A program made the position numbers and the translations under genes. Of a DNA stretch of 64,000 bases, positions 30,238 through 40,552 are shown in pieces. Every line of letters starts with the position of its first letter. The first letter of the stretch is position 1. The notes below the pieces were generated by a model. It was not told the DNA's origin and made no database searches. It saw nothing but the letters and a program-made list of their open reading frames with translations. The DNA comes from Collinsella sp. Lineage in GTDB: Bacteria > Actinomycetota > Coriobacteriia > Coriobacteriales > Coriobacteriaceae. The DNA lies in NCBI GenBank assembly GCA_019414345.1, contig DXMF01000022.1:80112-144111 (forward strand). Reading direction: 5' to 3'.

Positions 30238-30295
30238 TCGAACCCCCAGCCTTGTGCGTGTAAAGCACCTGCGCTAACCGTTGCGCCAATCGCCC
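30220..30295 (-). tRNA. tRNA-Val (anticodon TAC)
   Basis: Cloverleaf GGGCGATTGGCGCAACGGTTAGCGCAGGTGCTTTACACGCACAAGGCTGGGGGTTCGAATCCCTCATCGCCCACCA with encoded CCA. Confidence 0.96.
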
Positions 30296-30482
30296 GTGCG
30301 GAGAGAGTATAGCAAAACAATCGCCTCATTCATCTCATATCCATTAAAGGTAACCGTCGCGTGTCGGCGCGGAGCTGATTCAGTTGAGATTGCCTGAACA
30401 TTCCGCCCCTCTTTACGCCCTCGGGTATACTCAAAAGCTACTGATTCGATTTGATACCCAGCAACAGCAGAGGGGATAGTAT

Positions 30483-32363
30483 ATGTGCGGTTTTGTCGGT
30501 TTTGTCGGTGGGACGGATAACCAATCCGAGGTGCTCACCAAGATGATGGACCGCATCGTCCATCGTGGTCCCGACATGGGCGGCCAGTTTATCGACGGCC
30601 GCGTTGCCCTCGGCTTCCGCCGCTTGTCGATCCTCGACCTGACCGAGGCCGGCGCTCAGCCCATGGCCAATGAGGACGGTAGCGTCGTCATTGTCTTCAA
30701 CGGCGAGATCTACAACTTCCAAGAACTCCGTTCCGAGCTCGAGGCCAAGGGCTACAAGTTCCACTGCGGCGCCGACACCGAGAGCCTCCTGCACGGCTAC
30801 GAGGAGTGGGGCGAGGCAGTACTCGATCGCTTGCGCGGTATGTACGCCTTCGTCATCTGGGACAAGAAGAAGAATAAGCTTTTTGGCGCCCGCGATATCT
30901 TTGGCATCAAGCCGCTCTACTACTATCCCATGGCCGATGCGGGCGACGGCGCTCCGGGCGTGCTCTTCGGTTCCGAGATCAAGAGCTTCCTGGACTACCC
31001 GCACTTCCACAAGGCGGTCAACAAAAAGGCCCTGCGTCCGTACATGACGCTGCAGTATTCGGCAACCGAGGAGACCTTCTTCGAGGGTGTCTACAAGCTG
31101 CCGCCGGCGCATTACTTTACCGTCGATATCCCGACCGGCAAGATGAACATCGAGCGCTACTGGGATTGCGATTACTCTGCCGTCGAGAAGCCGTTCGAGG
31201 AGTACGTCGACGAGCTGGATGAGGTCGTGCACGAGAGCGTCGAGGCCCATCGCATCGCCGACGTCAAGGTCGCGTCGTTCCTCTCCGGTGGCGTCGACTC
31301 TAGCTACATCGCCGCTTGCCTCATGCCCGACAAGACCTTCTCGGTGGGCTTTGACTACAAGAACTTTAACGAGACCAACTACGCCAAGGAGCTTTCCGAT
31401 AAGCTCGGCGTCGAGAACGTTCGCAAGATGATTACCGCCGACGAGTTCTTCGGTGCGCTCGAGGACATCCAGTATCACATGGACGAACCGCAGTCCAACC
31501 TGTCTTCCGTGCCGCTGTGGTTCTTGGCCGAGATGGCCCGCAAGGACGTTACCGTCGTGCTTTCGGGCGAAGGCGCCGACGAACTCTTTGGCGGCTACGC
31601 CTACTACGAGGATACGGTCCCGGTGCGCAAGTACAAAAAGATGGTGCCGCTGCCCGTCCGTCGCGCGCTCGGTAACCTGGCGCTGCATATGCCGTACTTC
31701 AAGGGACATAACTTCCTGGTCAAGGGTGCCGAGATCCCCGAGAAGTCGTTCCTGGGACAGGCTCTGGTATGGCCGGAGCGCGAGGTCGACGGCGTGCTCA
31801 AGCCCGAGTACAACACCGGCGACGGCGCCTTCGAGCTCGCTGCACCCATCTACGCACGCGTGAAGGGTCAGCCCGAACTGGTCAAGAAGCAGTACCTGGA
31901 CATGAACATGTGGCTCCCGGGCGACATTCTGCTCAAGGCCGACAAGATGTGCATGGCGCACTCGCTGGAGCTGCGCGTGCCCTTCCTGGACCGCAAAGTC
32001 ATGGAGTTCGCCGAGCACATTCCCGACCGCTACCGCATCAACGAGAACGGCAACAAACAGGTACTCCGCCACGCTGCCAACAAGTCGCTGCCCGATGAGT
32101 GGGCCACCCGTCCCAAGGTGGGCTTCCCGGTGCCGATTGTCTACTGGCTGCGCGAGCAAAAGTGGTACGACTATGTCAAGGAGTACTTCACCGCGCCGTG
32201 GGCAAGTGAGTTCTTCAATACCGACGAGCTCATGCACCTGCTCGATCTGCACTTTGCGGGCAAGGGCGATTTCCAGCGCAAGATCTATACGCCGCTCGTG
32301 TTCCTAGTGTGGTACAAGCGCTTCTTTATCGACGAGGGCCAGCCTTCTGTTCAGGCTGCCTAG
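30483..32363 (+). CDS. asnB: Asparagine synthase-like glutamine amidotransferase
   Basis: MCG start; HRGPD, FNGEIYN, LSGGVDS, SGEGADE and LE.RVPFLD motifs. Confidence 0.93.
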   Translation: MCGFVGFVGGTDNQSEVLTKMMDRIVHRGPDMGGQFIDGRVALGFRRLSILDLTEAGAQPMANEDGSVVIVFNGEIYNFQELRSELEAKGYKFHCGADTESLLHGYEEWGEAVLDRLRGMYAFVIWDKKKNKLFGARDIFGIKPLYYYPMADAGDGAPGVLFGSEIKSFLDYPHFHKAVNKKALRPYMTLQYSATEETFFEGVYKLPPAHYFTVDIPTGKMNIERYWDCDYSAVEKPFEEYVDELDEVVHESVEAHRIADVKVASFLSGGVDSSYIAACLMPDKTFSVGFDYKNFNETNYAKELSDKLGVENVRKMITADEFFGALEDIQYHMDEPQSNLSSVPLWFLAEMARKDVTVVLSGEGADELFGGYAYYEDTVPVRKYKKMVPLPVRRALGNLALHMPYFKGHNFLVKGAEIPEKSFLGQALVWPEREVDGVLKPEYNTGDGAFELAAPIYARVKGQPELVKKQYLDMNMWLPGDILLKADKMCMAHSLELRVPFLDRKVMEFAEHIPDRYRINENGNKQVLRHAANKSLPDEWATRPKVGFPVPIVYWLREQKWYDYVKEYFTAPWASEFFNTDELMHLLDLHFAGKGDFQRKIYTPLVFLVWYKRFFIDEGQPSVQAA

Positions 32364-32474
32364 CCTCGGCTTACGAACGCCTGCGCGTAACGGCTCCTCC
32401 GGGAGCCGTTTTTGCGTGGGTGCGTTTCAGTTACTATAAAACCGTCCCTGCCAAATGGCTGAGAAAGGTGAAAG

Positions 32475-34037
32475 ATGCACCATTCGGATTCCGCGACCGT
32501 GACCACGGTCGATACGCTTGCCAAGCTTCTCGATGTGTGCGGCGAGCTGCGCGCATCAGAGCAGGTTGACGAGCGTGCCGTGACCGGCTGCTCGTTTGAT
32601 TCGCGCGCGGTCTCGGCAGGTGACGTGTTCTTTTGCAAAGGTGCTGCCTTTAAGCCCGCGTTTTTGAGCATGGCGCTCGATGCGGGCGCCGTCGCATTTG
32701 TGTGCGAGGAGTCGCTGGTCGAGTCTCTGGAGCCGCTGGCGCAGGAGAGCGGTGCTGCGATGCTGGTTGTTAATAGTGTTCGCACGGCCATGGCCTTGTT
32801 GCCGCCGGAGGTCTACGACCGTCCCGACCACGACGTCAAGATCGTGGGCATCACCGGCACCAAGGGAAAGACCACGGCCGCTTTTATGCTCCAGTCCATC
32901 ATCAAGGCGGCGGGCGAGTCCTGCGGCATGATCGGCTCGGTGAGTACCGACGATGGTATCGAGTGCTACGAGAGCACCAACACCACGCCCGAGGCCCCCG
33001 AGGTTTGGCGCCATATCGCCAACTGCCGCACGTCCGGTCGCCAGTCCATGGTCATGGAGGTCTCGAGCCAGGCGCTCAAGTACCAACGCGTCGAGAATCT
33101 GCCGTTTGACGTGGCGTGCTTCCTCAACATCGGCCGCGACCACATCTCGCCGATCGAACACCCCACGTTTGAGGATTATTTTGAGAGCAAACTCAGGATC
33201 TTTGACCAGGCAAAGACCGCCGTGGTGAATCTGGGCACCGAAGAGGTCGACCGTGTGCTGGAGGCAGCGTCGACGGCCGAGCGCTTGGTGACCGTTGGCG
33301 TCGAGCATCCCGAGGCAAGTCTGTGGGCGAGCGACGTACGCATGGTCGGCTTTAGCATCGAGTTCAACTTGCATGGCCTGTGTGCCGACGAGTCCGAGGC
33401 GGGGGAGAAGGTCCTGCTGGGCATCGCGGGCGACTTTAACGTGGAGAACGCGCTGGTCGCTATCGCCGCCGCGCGCGAGATCGGCATCGGTATCGAGGCT
33501 ATCAAGAAGGGCCTCTCCAAACTGCGTGTGCCGGGCCGTATGGAGGTCGTGGAGTCGAAGGACGGCCGCGTGATCTGCGTCGTCGACTATGCGCACAACC
33601 AGCTTTCGTTCCGTTCGCTTTTCTCGTCGGTCAAGCGCGCGTTTCCCGCCAGCCCGGTCATCGCGGTGTTTGGCGCTGCCGGCGGCAAGGCGCAGGAGCG
33701 CCGCGAGCAGCTTCCGCGCGAGGCCGCACCGTATTCCGACCTGATGATCTTTGCCAATGAGGACCCGGCTCACGAGGACCCGATGAAGGTCTGTCGCGAG
33801 CTTGCCGAACATGTTCCCGACGATACGCCGAACAAGATCATCCTCGATCGCGAAGCTGCCGTGCATGCGGCGTTCAAGGCAGCGCGCGAGGAGTACGTCA
33901 ACCCCGATGCTCCTACCATTGTCTTGCTGCTGGCAAAGGGTGACGAGGAGCTCATGCACGTGGGCGACGAGTTCGTGCCCATCGAGAGCGACCTTTCGTT
34001 GGCCAATCGCCTGATCGATGTTACCCAGTTTGACTAA
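32475..34037 (+). CDS. murE: Mur ligase, MurE-like tripeptide synthetase
   Basis: DSR, GITGTKGKTT, TTPE, MEVSS, VPGRME and DYAHN motifs; NEDP replaces the DAP-type DNPR. Confidence 0.82.
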   Translation: MHHSDSATVTTVDTLAKLLDVCGELRASEQVDERAVTGCSFDSRAVSAGDVFFCKGAAFKPAFLSMALDAGAVAFVCEESLVESLEPLAQESGAAMLVVNSVRTAMALLPPEVYDRPDHDVKIVGITGTKGKTTAAFMLQSIIKAAGESCGMIGSVSTDDGIECYESTNTTPEAPEVWRHIANCRTSGRQSMVMEVSSQALKYQRVENLPFDVACFLNIGRDHISPIEHPTFEDYFESKLRIFDQAKTAVVNLGTEEVDRVLEAASTAERLVTVGVEHPEASLWASDVRMVGFSIEFNLHGLCADESEAGEKVLLGIAGDFNVENALVAIAAAREIGIGIEAIKKGLSKLRVPGRMEVVESKDGRVICVVDYAHNQLSFRSLFSSVKRAFPASPVIAVFGAAGGKAQERREQLPREAAPYSDLMIFANEDPAHEDPMKVCRELAEHVPDDTPNKIILDREAAVHAAFKAAREEYVNPDAPTIVLLLAKGDEELMHVGDEFVPIESDLSLANRLIDVTQFD

Positions 34038-34144
34038 TGAACCATGATGGCGGCGGCGCCCTGAGTGCGCTGTCGCCATAAGCGTGTTCCCTCAATCAAA
34101 ACATGCCGTCCAAGTCCAAATCCTTCTACGTAAACGGAGTAACC

Positions 34145-35056
34145 ATGTCCCACAATACCCTGCCGACCGTTGCCGAGCTTTCGGGCGAGATGCGCGAGCG
34201 CTTGGCCAAGGTCAAGTACGTCTTTACCGACCTGGATGCCACGATGCTTGCACCCGGCTCGTGCGTGCTGCGCGACAACGACGGCAACCCCTCGACCAAA
34301 CTCGTCGAGGCCGTCGTGGCGCTCGCTCGCGCTGGTATTCAGGTGGTTCCCACCTCGGGCCGCAACCGTACCATGATCCACGAGGACGCGCGCGTGCTCG
34401 GCCTCAACTCCTACATCGGCGAGATGGGCGGCCTGGTCATGTACGATCTCAAAGCCAACGATTGGGAGTATCTGACCGGCGACATGTCCTACGACCCCTC
34501 TTGCGGCCTCACGCCGCACCAGGTGATCGAGCAGACCGGCGTGTGCGAGAAGATCCTCGCCCGCTGGCCGCACAAGATCGAGTATCACAACGACATGTCG
34601 ACCGGCTACAAATACCGCGAGGTCACCGTCGGCATGCGCGGCGATGTGCCCGACGATGAGGTTCAGGCCATCCTGGACGAGGCCGGCTGCGGTCTGATTT
34701 GGGCTTGCAACGGCCACCTGACTCACCTGTCCAAGCCGACGACGCTCGAGCTCGATCGCGTCGAGGACGGTCGCGCATTCAACATCAACCCCGCGGGCCT
34801 CAACAAAGGCGTCGCCATTGCGCGCTTCTGTGAGCACCTAGGGATCGAGCGCGAGGAGACGTTGGCGCTCGGCGACTCCGAGTCCGACTTCTACATGGCC
34901 GATCACGTGGGCACGTTCTGCCTAGTCGAGAATGGCCTGACGAGCGCCGGCGCGCCCGAGTTTCTGGCTGCTTGCGAGAACGCTTTCGTTACGCGCGGCA
35001 AAATTGTCGATGGTTGGGCGGCGACGGCAGAGCTGCTGGTCGCGGCGCGTTCGTAG
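34145..35056 (+). CDS. HAD-superfamily (Cof-like) hydrolase
   Basis: FTDLDAT, SGR, NKG and GDSESD motifs. Confidence 0.8.
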   Translation: MSHNTLPTVAELSGEMRERLAKVKYVFTDLDATMLAPGSCVLRDNDGNPSTKLVEAVVALARAGIQVVPTSGRNRTMIHEDARVLGLNSYIGEMGGLVMYDLKANDWEYLTGDMSYDPSCGLTPHQVIEQTGVCEKILARWPHKIEYHNDMSTGYKYREVTVGMRGDVPDDEVQAILDEAGCGLIWACNGHLTHLSKPTTLELDRVEDGRAFNINPAGLNKGVAIARFCEHLGIEREETLALGDSESDFYMADHVGTFCLVENGLTSAGAPEFLAACENAFVTRGKIVDGWAATAELLVAARS

Positions 35057-35107
35057 CGCGGCGTCGCTGCACTTGGACATGTCTTTTCGAGAGAGACTGG
35101 TGAGGTA

Positions 35108-35992
35108 ATGTCCGATATCGAGAATCCGGCAGGCGACACGCGCCCGATTGGCGTGTTCGATTCTGGTTTGGGCGGTCTGACGGTTGCGCGCGCGATTGCG
35201 ACGGCGCTGCCGCACGAGTCCGTCTACTACTTTGGCGACACCAAGCGCTGCCCCTACGGCACCCGCACCGAGGATGAAGTGCGCTCGTTTGCGTTGCAGG
35301 CGGGTCGTTGGCTTTCGAAGCACGACGTCAAGATTATGGTCATCGCCTGCAACACGGCGACCGCTGCGGCCTTGCGTCTGGCCCAGCAGGTGCTCGACGT
35401 TCCCGTGATCGGCGTGATCGCGCCGGGTGCCCGTGCGGCAATCAACAGCACCCGCTCGCGTCGCGTGGGCGTGCTCGCCACCAACCTCACCATTCGCTCG
35501 GGCGCCTACACGCGCGCCATTCAGGATCTAGATGCCGGTGTCGATGTATACGGCTGTCCTGCCTCGAGCTTTGTCGAGGTTGTCGAACACGAGCTTGCCT
35601 CGGGTGCACATCTGCAGGAACAGTGGCTTGAGAACGAGGATATCTTCGATACGCCTGCCGTGCGTGCGCTGGTGGGTGCCACGGTTGAGCCGCTGCGCGA
35701 CCACGGTATCGATACCGTGGTGCTCGGCTGTACGCATTTTCCGCTGTTGGTGGGACCTATCCGCCATGCGCTGGGGCCTGGGGTGCGCGTCGTGAGTTCC
35801 GCCGAGGAGACCACACGCGAGCTGACCGATATCCTCACGCGCCGCGAGCAGCTGGCGGGCGACGCCGCCGAGCCGCAGCATCGTTTTGCCACGACGGCCG
35901 ATAACATTGCCGAGTTTGCGGTGGCGGGCAGCTTTATCTTTGGTCAGCCGCTTAAGAGCATCGAACATATCGATATCGACGAACTGAAATAG
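35108..35992 (+). CDS. murI: Glutamate racemase
   Basis: [16 protein letters not shown] and LGCTHFP motifs. Confidence 0.96.
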   Translation: MSDIENPAGDTRPIGVFDSGLGGLTVARAIATALPHESVYYFGDTKRCPYGTRTEDEVRSFALQAGRWLSKHDVKIMVIACNTATAAALRLAQQVLDVPVIGVIAPGARAAINSTRSRRVGVLATNLTIRSGAYTRAIQDLDAGVDVYGCPASSFVEVVEHELASGAHLQEQWLENEDIFDTPAVRALVGATVEPLRDHGIDTVVLGCTHFPLLVGPIRHALGPGVRVVSSAEETTRELTDILTRREQLAGDAAEPQHRFATTADNIAEFAVAGSFIFGQPLKSIEHIDIDELK

Positions 35993-36045
35993 ATGTAAGG
36001 CAGCCCCAAAGGCTTCGCCACATCTTTTGCCGAAAGGATATTTCT

Positions 36046-36771
36046 ATGGAGTACATGCAGGTCAACCGCGCCAACGGCCGTGCCGCCAATGAGCTGCGCC
36101 CCGTCAAGCTCACCCGTGGTGTCATGAAGCACGCCCACGGCTCGTGTTTGGCCGAGTTCGGCGACACGTGCGTGCTGTGCGCCGCCACTATCGAGGAGGG
36201 CGTGCCGGGCTGGCGAAAGGGCGCCAAGGCCGGCTGGGTGACCGCGGAATACGCCATGCTGCCGGCGTCGACCGGCAAACGTTGCAAGCGCGAACACGCC
36301 AACCGCAAGGGTCGCTCCATGGAGATCGAGCGCCTCATTGGCCGCAGCCTGCGTACCGTCGTCAACATGAAGGCGCTCGGCGAGTACACCGTCACCGTCG
36401 ACTGCGATGTGATTCAGGCCGATGGCGGCACGCGTACAGCGAGCATCACCGGCGCCTGGGTGGCGCTGCACGACGCCCTCGCCATGTGGGTCGAGGCGGG
36501 CAAGATCGAACGCATCCCGCTTATCGGCCAGGTGGCTGCCATCTCCATGGGCGTTGTCGACGGCAATACGCTGCTTGACCTCGATTATTCGGAGGACAGC
36601 CATGCCGAGGTCGACATGAACCTCGTCGCCACCGACACCGGCGAGATGATCGAGCTCCAGGGCACCGGCGAGCAGGCGCCCTTTGACCGCAAACGCCTCA
36701 ACGCCCTGCTCGACCTGGGCGACAAGGGTATCGCCGAGCTCATTGAGCTTCAGCGCCAAGCCATCGCCTAA
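36046..36771 (+). CDS. rph: Ribonuclease PH
   Basis: [22 protein letters not shown] and [13 protein letters not shown] motifs. Confidence 0.96.
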   Translation: MEYMQVNRANGRAANELRPVKLTRGVMKHAHGSCLAEFGDTCVLCAATIEEGVPGWRKGAKAGWVTAEYAMLPASTGKRCKREHANRKGRSMEIERLIGRSLRTVVNMKALGEYTVTVDCDVIQADGGTRTASITGAWVALHDALAMWVEAGKIERIPLIGQVAAISMGVVDGNTLLDLDYSEDSHAEVDMNLVATDTGEMIELQGTGEQAPFDRKRLNALLDLGDKGIAELIELQRQAIA

Positions 36772-36911
36772 CCTGCCAAAAGGGACGGGTTTATTTTGGT
36801 AGGTTTTATCTGCTGAAATGCTGCGTTGAAAGGTCCGATCGCCTGAGAGGGGAGAGGTCAAGTGCCCAAACGCCCCTCACGCGGCTTGCTATAGAGACAA
36901 GGAGGCCAGTT

Positions 36912-37553
36912 ATGGCACTTGAGAAGATCGACATCGACACCCTCGACCCGGCGGCGACCATCGTCGTGGCAACGGGCAACGCCCATAAACTCACCGAGAT
37001 TGAGGCCATTTTGGGCAAGGTCATGCCCGAGGTGCGCTTTGTGGCGCTCGGCCAGCTGGGTGATTTTGAGGATCCCGAGGAAAACGGCACGACGTTTTTG
37101 GAGAACGCCATCATCAAGGCCCAAGCCGCGGTTGAGGAGACGGGCCTTATGGCCATTGCCGACGATTCGGGCTTGGTCGTCGACGCGCTGGACGGTGAGC
37201 CCGGTGTGTATAGCGCGCGCTATGCGGGCGTGCATGGCGACGATGCCGCCAACAACGCCAAGCTGCTCGTTAACCTGGAAGGCGTGGCCGACGAGGACCG
37301 CACCGCGCGTTTTATGAGCGTCGTCGCGCTTATCGACACGGACGGCCTGGTCACTTATGGCGAGGGCGCCTGCGAGGGCGCTATCGCACACGAGGGCCGC
37401 GGCGATCATGGCTTTGGCTACGACCCACTGTTCCTGCCGGTCGACACGCCGGGCAAGACCATGGCCGAGCTGACGGCGGACGAGAAGAACGCCATCAGCC
37501 ATCGATTCCATGCGCTCGAGCATCTGTCCGCCAAACTGACGGGCGAGGAGTAA
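36912..37553 (+). CDS. rdgB: Non-canonical purine NTP pyrophosphatase (RdgB/HAM1)
   Basis: ATGN.HK, ADDSGL, PGVYSAR, GFGYDP and KNAISHR motifs. Confidence 0.95.
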   Translation: MALEKIDIDTLDPAATIVVATGNAHKLTEIEAILGKVMPEVRFVALGQLGDFEDPEENGTTFLENAIIKAQAAVEETGLMAIADDSGLVVDALDGEPGVYSARYAGVHGDDAANNAKLLVNLEGVADEDRTARFMSVVALIDTDGLVTYGEGACEGAIAHEGRGDHGFGYDPLFLPVDTPGKTMAELTADEKNAISHRFHALEHLSAKLTGEE

Positions 37554-37556
37554 GCC

Positions 37557-38003
37557 GTGCGTGCGGTGGTGCAGCGCGTACTCAACGCCGGCGTGACGGT
37601 CGACGGCGAGTGCGTGGGTAAAATTGGGCGCGGCTATCTGGTGCTGCTGGGCGTGGGCCACGGCGACACGCGCGCCGAGGCCGATAAACTGTGGGGCAAG
37701 CTCCGGGGCTTGCGCATTAACGAGGACGAGAACGGCAAGACCAACCTGGCACTTGCCGATGTCGACGGCGAGGTTCTCGTAGTGTCGCAGTTCACGCTGT
37801 TCGCCGATTGCCGTCACGGCCGCCGCCCATCGTTTACGGATGCCGGCGCCCCCGATGTCGCCAACGAGCTCTACGAGTACTTCCTGACGCTCGTTCGCCA
37901 AGATATCGAACACGTGGCGCACGGCATCTTTGGCGCCGATATGAAAGTCGACTTGGTCAACGACGGCCCATTCACCATCGTCTTGGACACGGACAACCTT
38001 TAG
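37557..38003 (+). CDS. dtd: D-aminoacyl-tRNA deacylase
   Basis: MRAVVQRV, VSQFTL and NDGPFT motifs. Confidence 0.95.
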   Translation: MRAVVQRVLNAGVTVDGECVGKIGRGYLVLLGVGHGDTRAEADKLWGKLRGLRINEDENGKTNLALADVDGEVLVVSQFTLFADCRHGRRPSFTDAGAPDVANELYEYFLTLVRQDIEHVAHGIFGADMKVDLVNDGPFTIVLDTDNL

Positions 38004-38186
38004 GTTACGCGGTTTTACCAAACCGCGTAACAACTGGTCATGCGAGGTTGTCGTCTGGTACGTATTTGGGACGGGGTTTATTTAGCTACTTGCGTATGGC
38101 GGCAGCAGGGTGCTATAGTATTAGAGTTTTGTCTATCTTAGGGGTATTATCCCCTTTTTGAATTGCACCTTCTGGAGGCCCTGTTC

Positions 38187-38483
38187 ATGGAAGAGATGGA
38201 AGTCAATCACGTCGACGACATCCACGAGAAGCTGACCGATATGGTGGGCGATCGCGTTAAGGTGAAGGCCAACATGGGCCGCACCCGCGTCGTCGAGCGC
38301 ATGGGCACCATCAAGAGCGTCCACCCCGCCGTCTTTATCGTCGAGGTTGACGAACGTCGCGGGCGCAAGTCGCGTCAGTCCTACCAGTATATCGATGTCC
38401 TCACCGGTCAGGTCGAGCTGTTCGACCCCGAGAGCGGCGAGCATATCTTTACCCCGCTCGGCAATCAGCTCGAGGAGCACTAG
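38187..38483 (+). CDS. veg: Veg family protein
   Basis: KAN.GR, PAVFIV and SYQYIDVLT motifs; upstream of ispE as in Bacillus. Confidence 0.85.
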   Translation: MEEMEVNHVDDIHEKLTDMVGDRVKVKANMGRTRVVERMGTIKSVHPAVFIVEVDERRGRKSRQSYQYIDVLTGQVELFDPESGEHIFTPLGNQLEEH

Positions 38484-38485
38484 CG

Positions 38486-39382
38486 GTGACCGATCGGTCC
38501 CTGACTCTTTCCGCGCCGGCAAAGATTAACCTCTACTTGGGGGTTCATACCGAGCGCGATGACCGCGGCTACCACAGGGTCGATTCCCTGATGGCAGCTG
38601 TCGGTCTTTCCGATACCGTGACGGTTACGCCGGCACAGGCGCTGACCGTCCAGACGGTTCCGGCATCAGATTTTCCCATGCAAAAGAATACGGCGTATCG
38701 GGCTGCGGTCGCTATGGCCGAGCATTATGGTCGCGAGGCAAGCATCTGCGTGACGATTGAGAAGCGCATTCCATTGTGCGCCGGCTTGGGCGGTCCCTCG
38801 ACGGATGCGGCCGCGGTCATTGTCGCCTTGGCGGAGCTCTGGGGAATTGATCGCTCCGACCCCGCGCTCGACGACATTGCGCGGGGCATTGGTGCTGACG
38901 TCCCGTTCTTTTTGCACGCGAGCCCTTCGTTCTACGTAGGTGGGGGAGACGTGCTGGCAACTGAGTATCCCGTGCTGCCCGCAACACCCGTCGTGTTGGT
39001 CAAGCCGCGCGAGGCAAGCGTTTCGACAATTGAAGCCTATCGACGTTTTGACGAGGCCCCGGTGCCTGCGGACAAGCCCGGCGCGATAGCTTCTGCCTTG
39101 CGTGCCGGTGATGCCGAGACGGCATATGCACTCATCCATAACAACCTGGGCGTCATTTCCGCACAGATGGAGCCGCAGATTCAAACGGTTCTCGATTGGC
39201 TGCGTAAACAGGACGGCACGGTTGCTGTAGATGTGTGTGGATCGGGCGCCTGCTCGTTTGCCATTTGCGACACCGCCGCCACGGTCGAAAGGCTTGCCGA
39301 CGCTGCCCTGCAAAACGGCTGGTGGTCCTGCGCGACGGAGCTCATTCCCAACACGGTTCGCATCGAAGTGCCAAAGAAGTAA
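38486..39382 (+). CDS. ispE: 4-diphosphocytidyl-2-C-methyl-D-erythritol kinase
   Basis: APAKINLYL, IP..AGLGG.S.DAA and GADVPF motifs. Confidence 0.93.
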   Translation: MTDRSLTLSAPAKINLYLGVHTERDDRGYHRVDSLMAAVGLSDTVTVTPAQALTVQTVPASDFPMQKNTAYRAAVAMAEHYGREASICVTIEKRIPLCAGLGGPSTDAAAVIVALAELWGIDRSDPALDDIARGIGADVPFFLHASPSFYVGGGDVLATEYPVLPATPVVLVKPREASVSTIEAYRRFDEAPVPADKPGAIASALRAGDAETAYALIHNNLGVISAQMEPQIQTVLDWLRKQDGTVAVDVCGSGACSFAICDTAATVERLADAALQNGWWSCATELIPNTVRIEVPKK

Positions 39383-39431
39383 AAATTTCTCTAGCACGCG
39401 ACGGAAATCTTTGTTACTATAGTCGAGCTAA

Positions 39432-39508
39432 CGGGTTGTGGCTCAGTTTGGTAGAGCACTGCGTTCGGGACGCAGGGGTCGCTGGTTCAAATCCAGTCAA
39501 CCCGACCA
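39432..39508 (+). tRNA. tRNA-Pro (anticodon CGG)
   Basis: Cloverleaf with CTGCG-TTCGGGA-CGCAG anticodon arm, GGTTCAAATCC T-arm and CCA; followed by a terminator at ~39519-39547. Confidence 0.96.
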
Positions 39509-39620
39509 GAGCATGAGGAGGGACCGCTTCTTGCGGTCCCTTTTTTTAGCTATTGTTGTGATACCGCGATACCCGCGGTATACTCATTCGAGCTTGTCTC
39601 GCTGTATTGTGGAGGTCTAC

Positions 39621-39896
39621 ATGTTTGGACTGAGGGCTCCTGAGCTCATCATTATTCTCGTCGTTGTCCTGATTATCTTCGGGCCCAAGAACCTGCCGAA
39701 GCTCGGCAAGTCCCTCGGCTCTACCGTCAAGAATATCCGCGAGGGTATGGAGGGCGACGATAAGGCCGAGACCAAGCAGGCCGAGGAGGTCGTGGTCGAG
39801 CAGTCCGAGGAGGACAAGGAGATCGCTGAGCTCGAGGCCAAGCTCGCTGCTGCCAAGAAGAAGCAGGCAGAGGACAGCGACGCGGACGCAGAGTAG
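39621..39896 (+). CDS. tatA: Twin-arginine translocase TatA/E subunit
   Basis: PELIII....IIFGPKNLP.LGKSLG motif. Confidence 0.92.
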   Translation: MFGLRAPELIIILVVVLIIFGPKNLPKLGKSLGSTVKNIREGMEGDDKAETKQAEEVVVEQSEEDKEIAELEAKLAAAKKKQAEDSDADAE

Positions 39897-40002
39897 TCCC
39901 ATCCCTTTGGGGTGAGCACCTGACCGGCTTGCCCGCAGGCTAGCCGGTCTTTTTCGTTTTGTTGACAGTTGATTGTTTGATCAGAGTTGGGGAGATATCC
40001 GT

Positions 40003-40473
40003 ATGGACGCAAGCCAGATCGTACTGACCGCTGAGGGCCGCCAGAAGCTCGTCGAGGAGCTCGCTTGGCGTGAGGGCGATTACGCCAAGGAGATCGTCGA
40101 GGACATCAAGGAAGCCCGCGCGTTCGGCGACCTTTCGGAGAACTCCGAGTACGACGCCGCTAAGGACAAGCAGGCCCAGAACGCCGCTCGTATTGCCGAG
40201 ATCCAGGCCATCCTTGCCAACGCTCAGGTTGCTGCCACCACAGGTGATCTGACCGTCTCCATCGGTTCCACCGTTTCTCTGATTGATCCCAACGGTGAGG
40301 TCATGGAAGTCACGCTCGTCGGTACCACCGAGACCAACTCGCTCGAGCACAAGATTTCCAACGAGTCTCCGGTCGGCCACGCCATCATCGGTCACGGCGA
40401 GGGCGACTCCGTCGAGGTCGTTACGCCTTCCGGCAAGACCCGCGTCTACACCATCGCCAAGATTGCACGCTAG
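40003..40473 (+). CDS. greA: Transcription elongation factor GreA
   Basis: GDLSENSEYDAAK and ISNESPVG motifs. Confidence 0.96.
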   Translation: MDASQIVLTAEGRQKLVEELAWREGDYAKEIVEDIKEARAFGDLSENSEYDAAKDKQAQNAARIAEIQAILANAQVAATTGDLTVSIGSTVSLIDPNGEVMEVTLVGTTETNSLEHKISNESPVGHAIIGHGEGDSVEVVTPSGKTRVYTIAKIAR

Positions 40474-40552
40474 ACCACGGTCCCGCGTAAAGGTATGTTT
40501 TCGCTCCCTGGGACCGAATCCTGGGGAGCGTTTTAGTTTGAGGAGTTAACTT

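Noticed and set aside
29685..30312. Several short ORFs over the repeat/tRNA region
   Set aside because: They overlap the tRNA and repeats and lack an RBS or protein-like features.
39438..39620. N-terminal extension of TatA in the ORF track
   Set aside because: It overlaps tRNA-Pro and its terminator; a GGAGG RBS supports the ATG at 39621.
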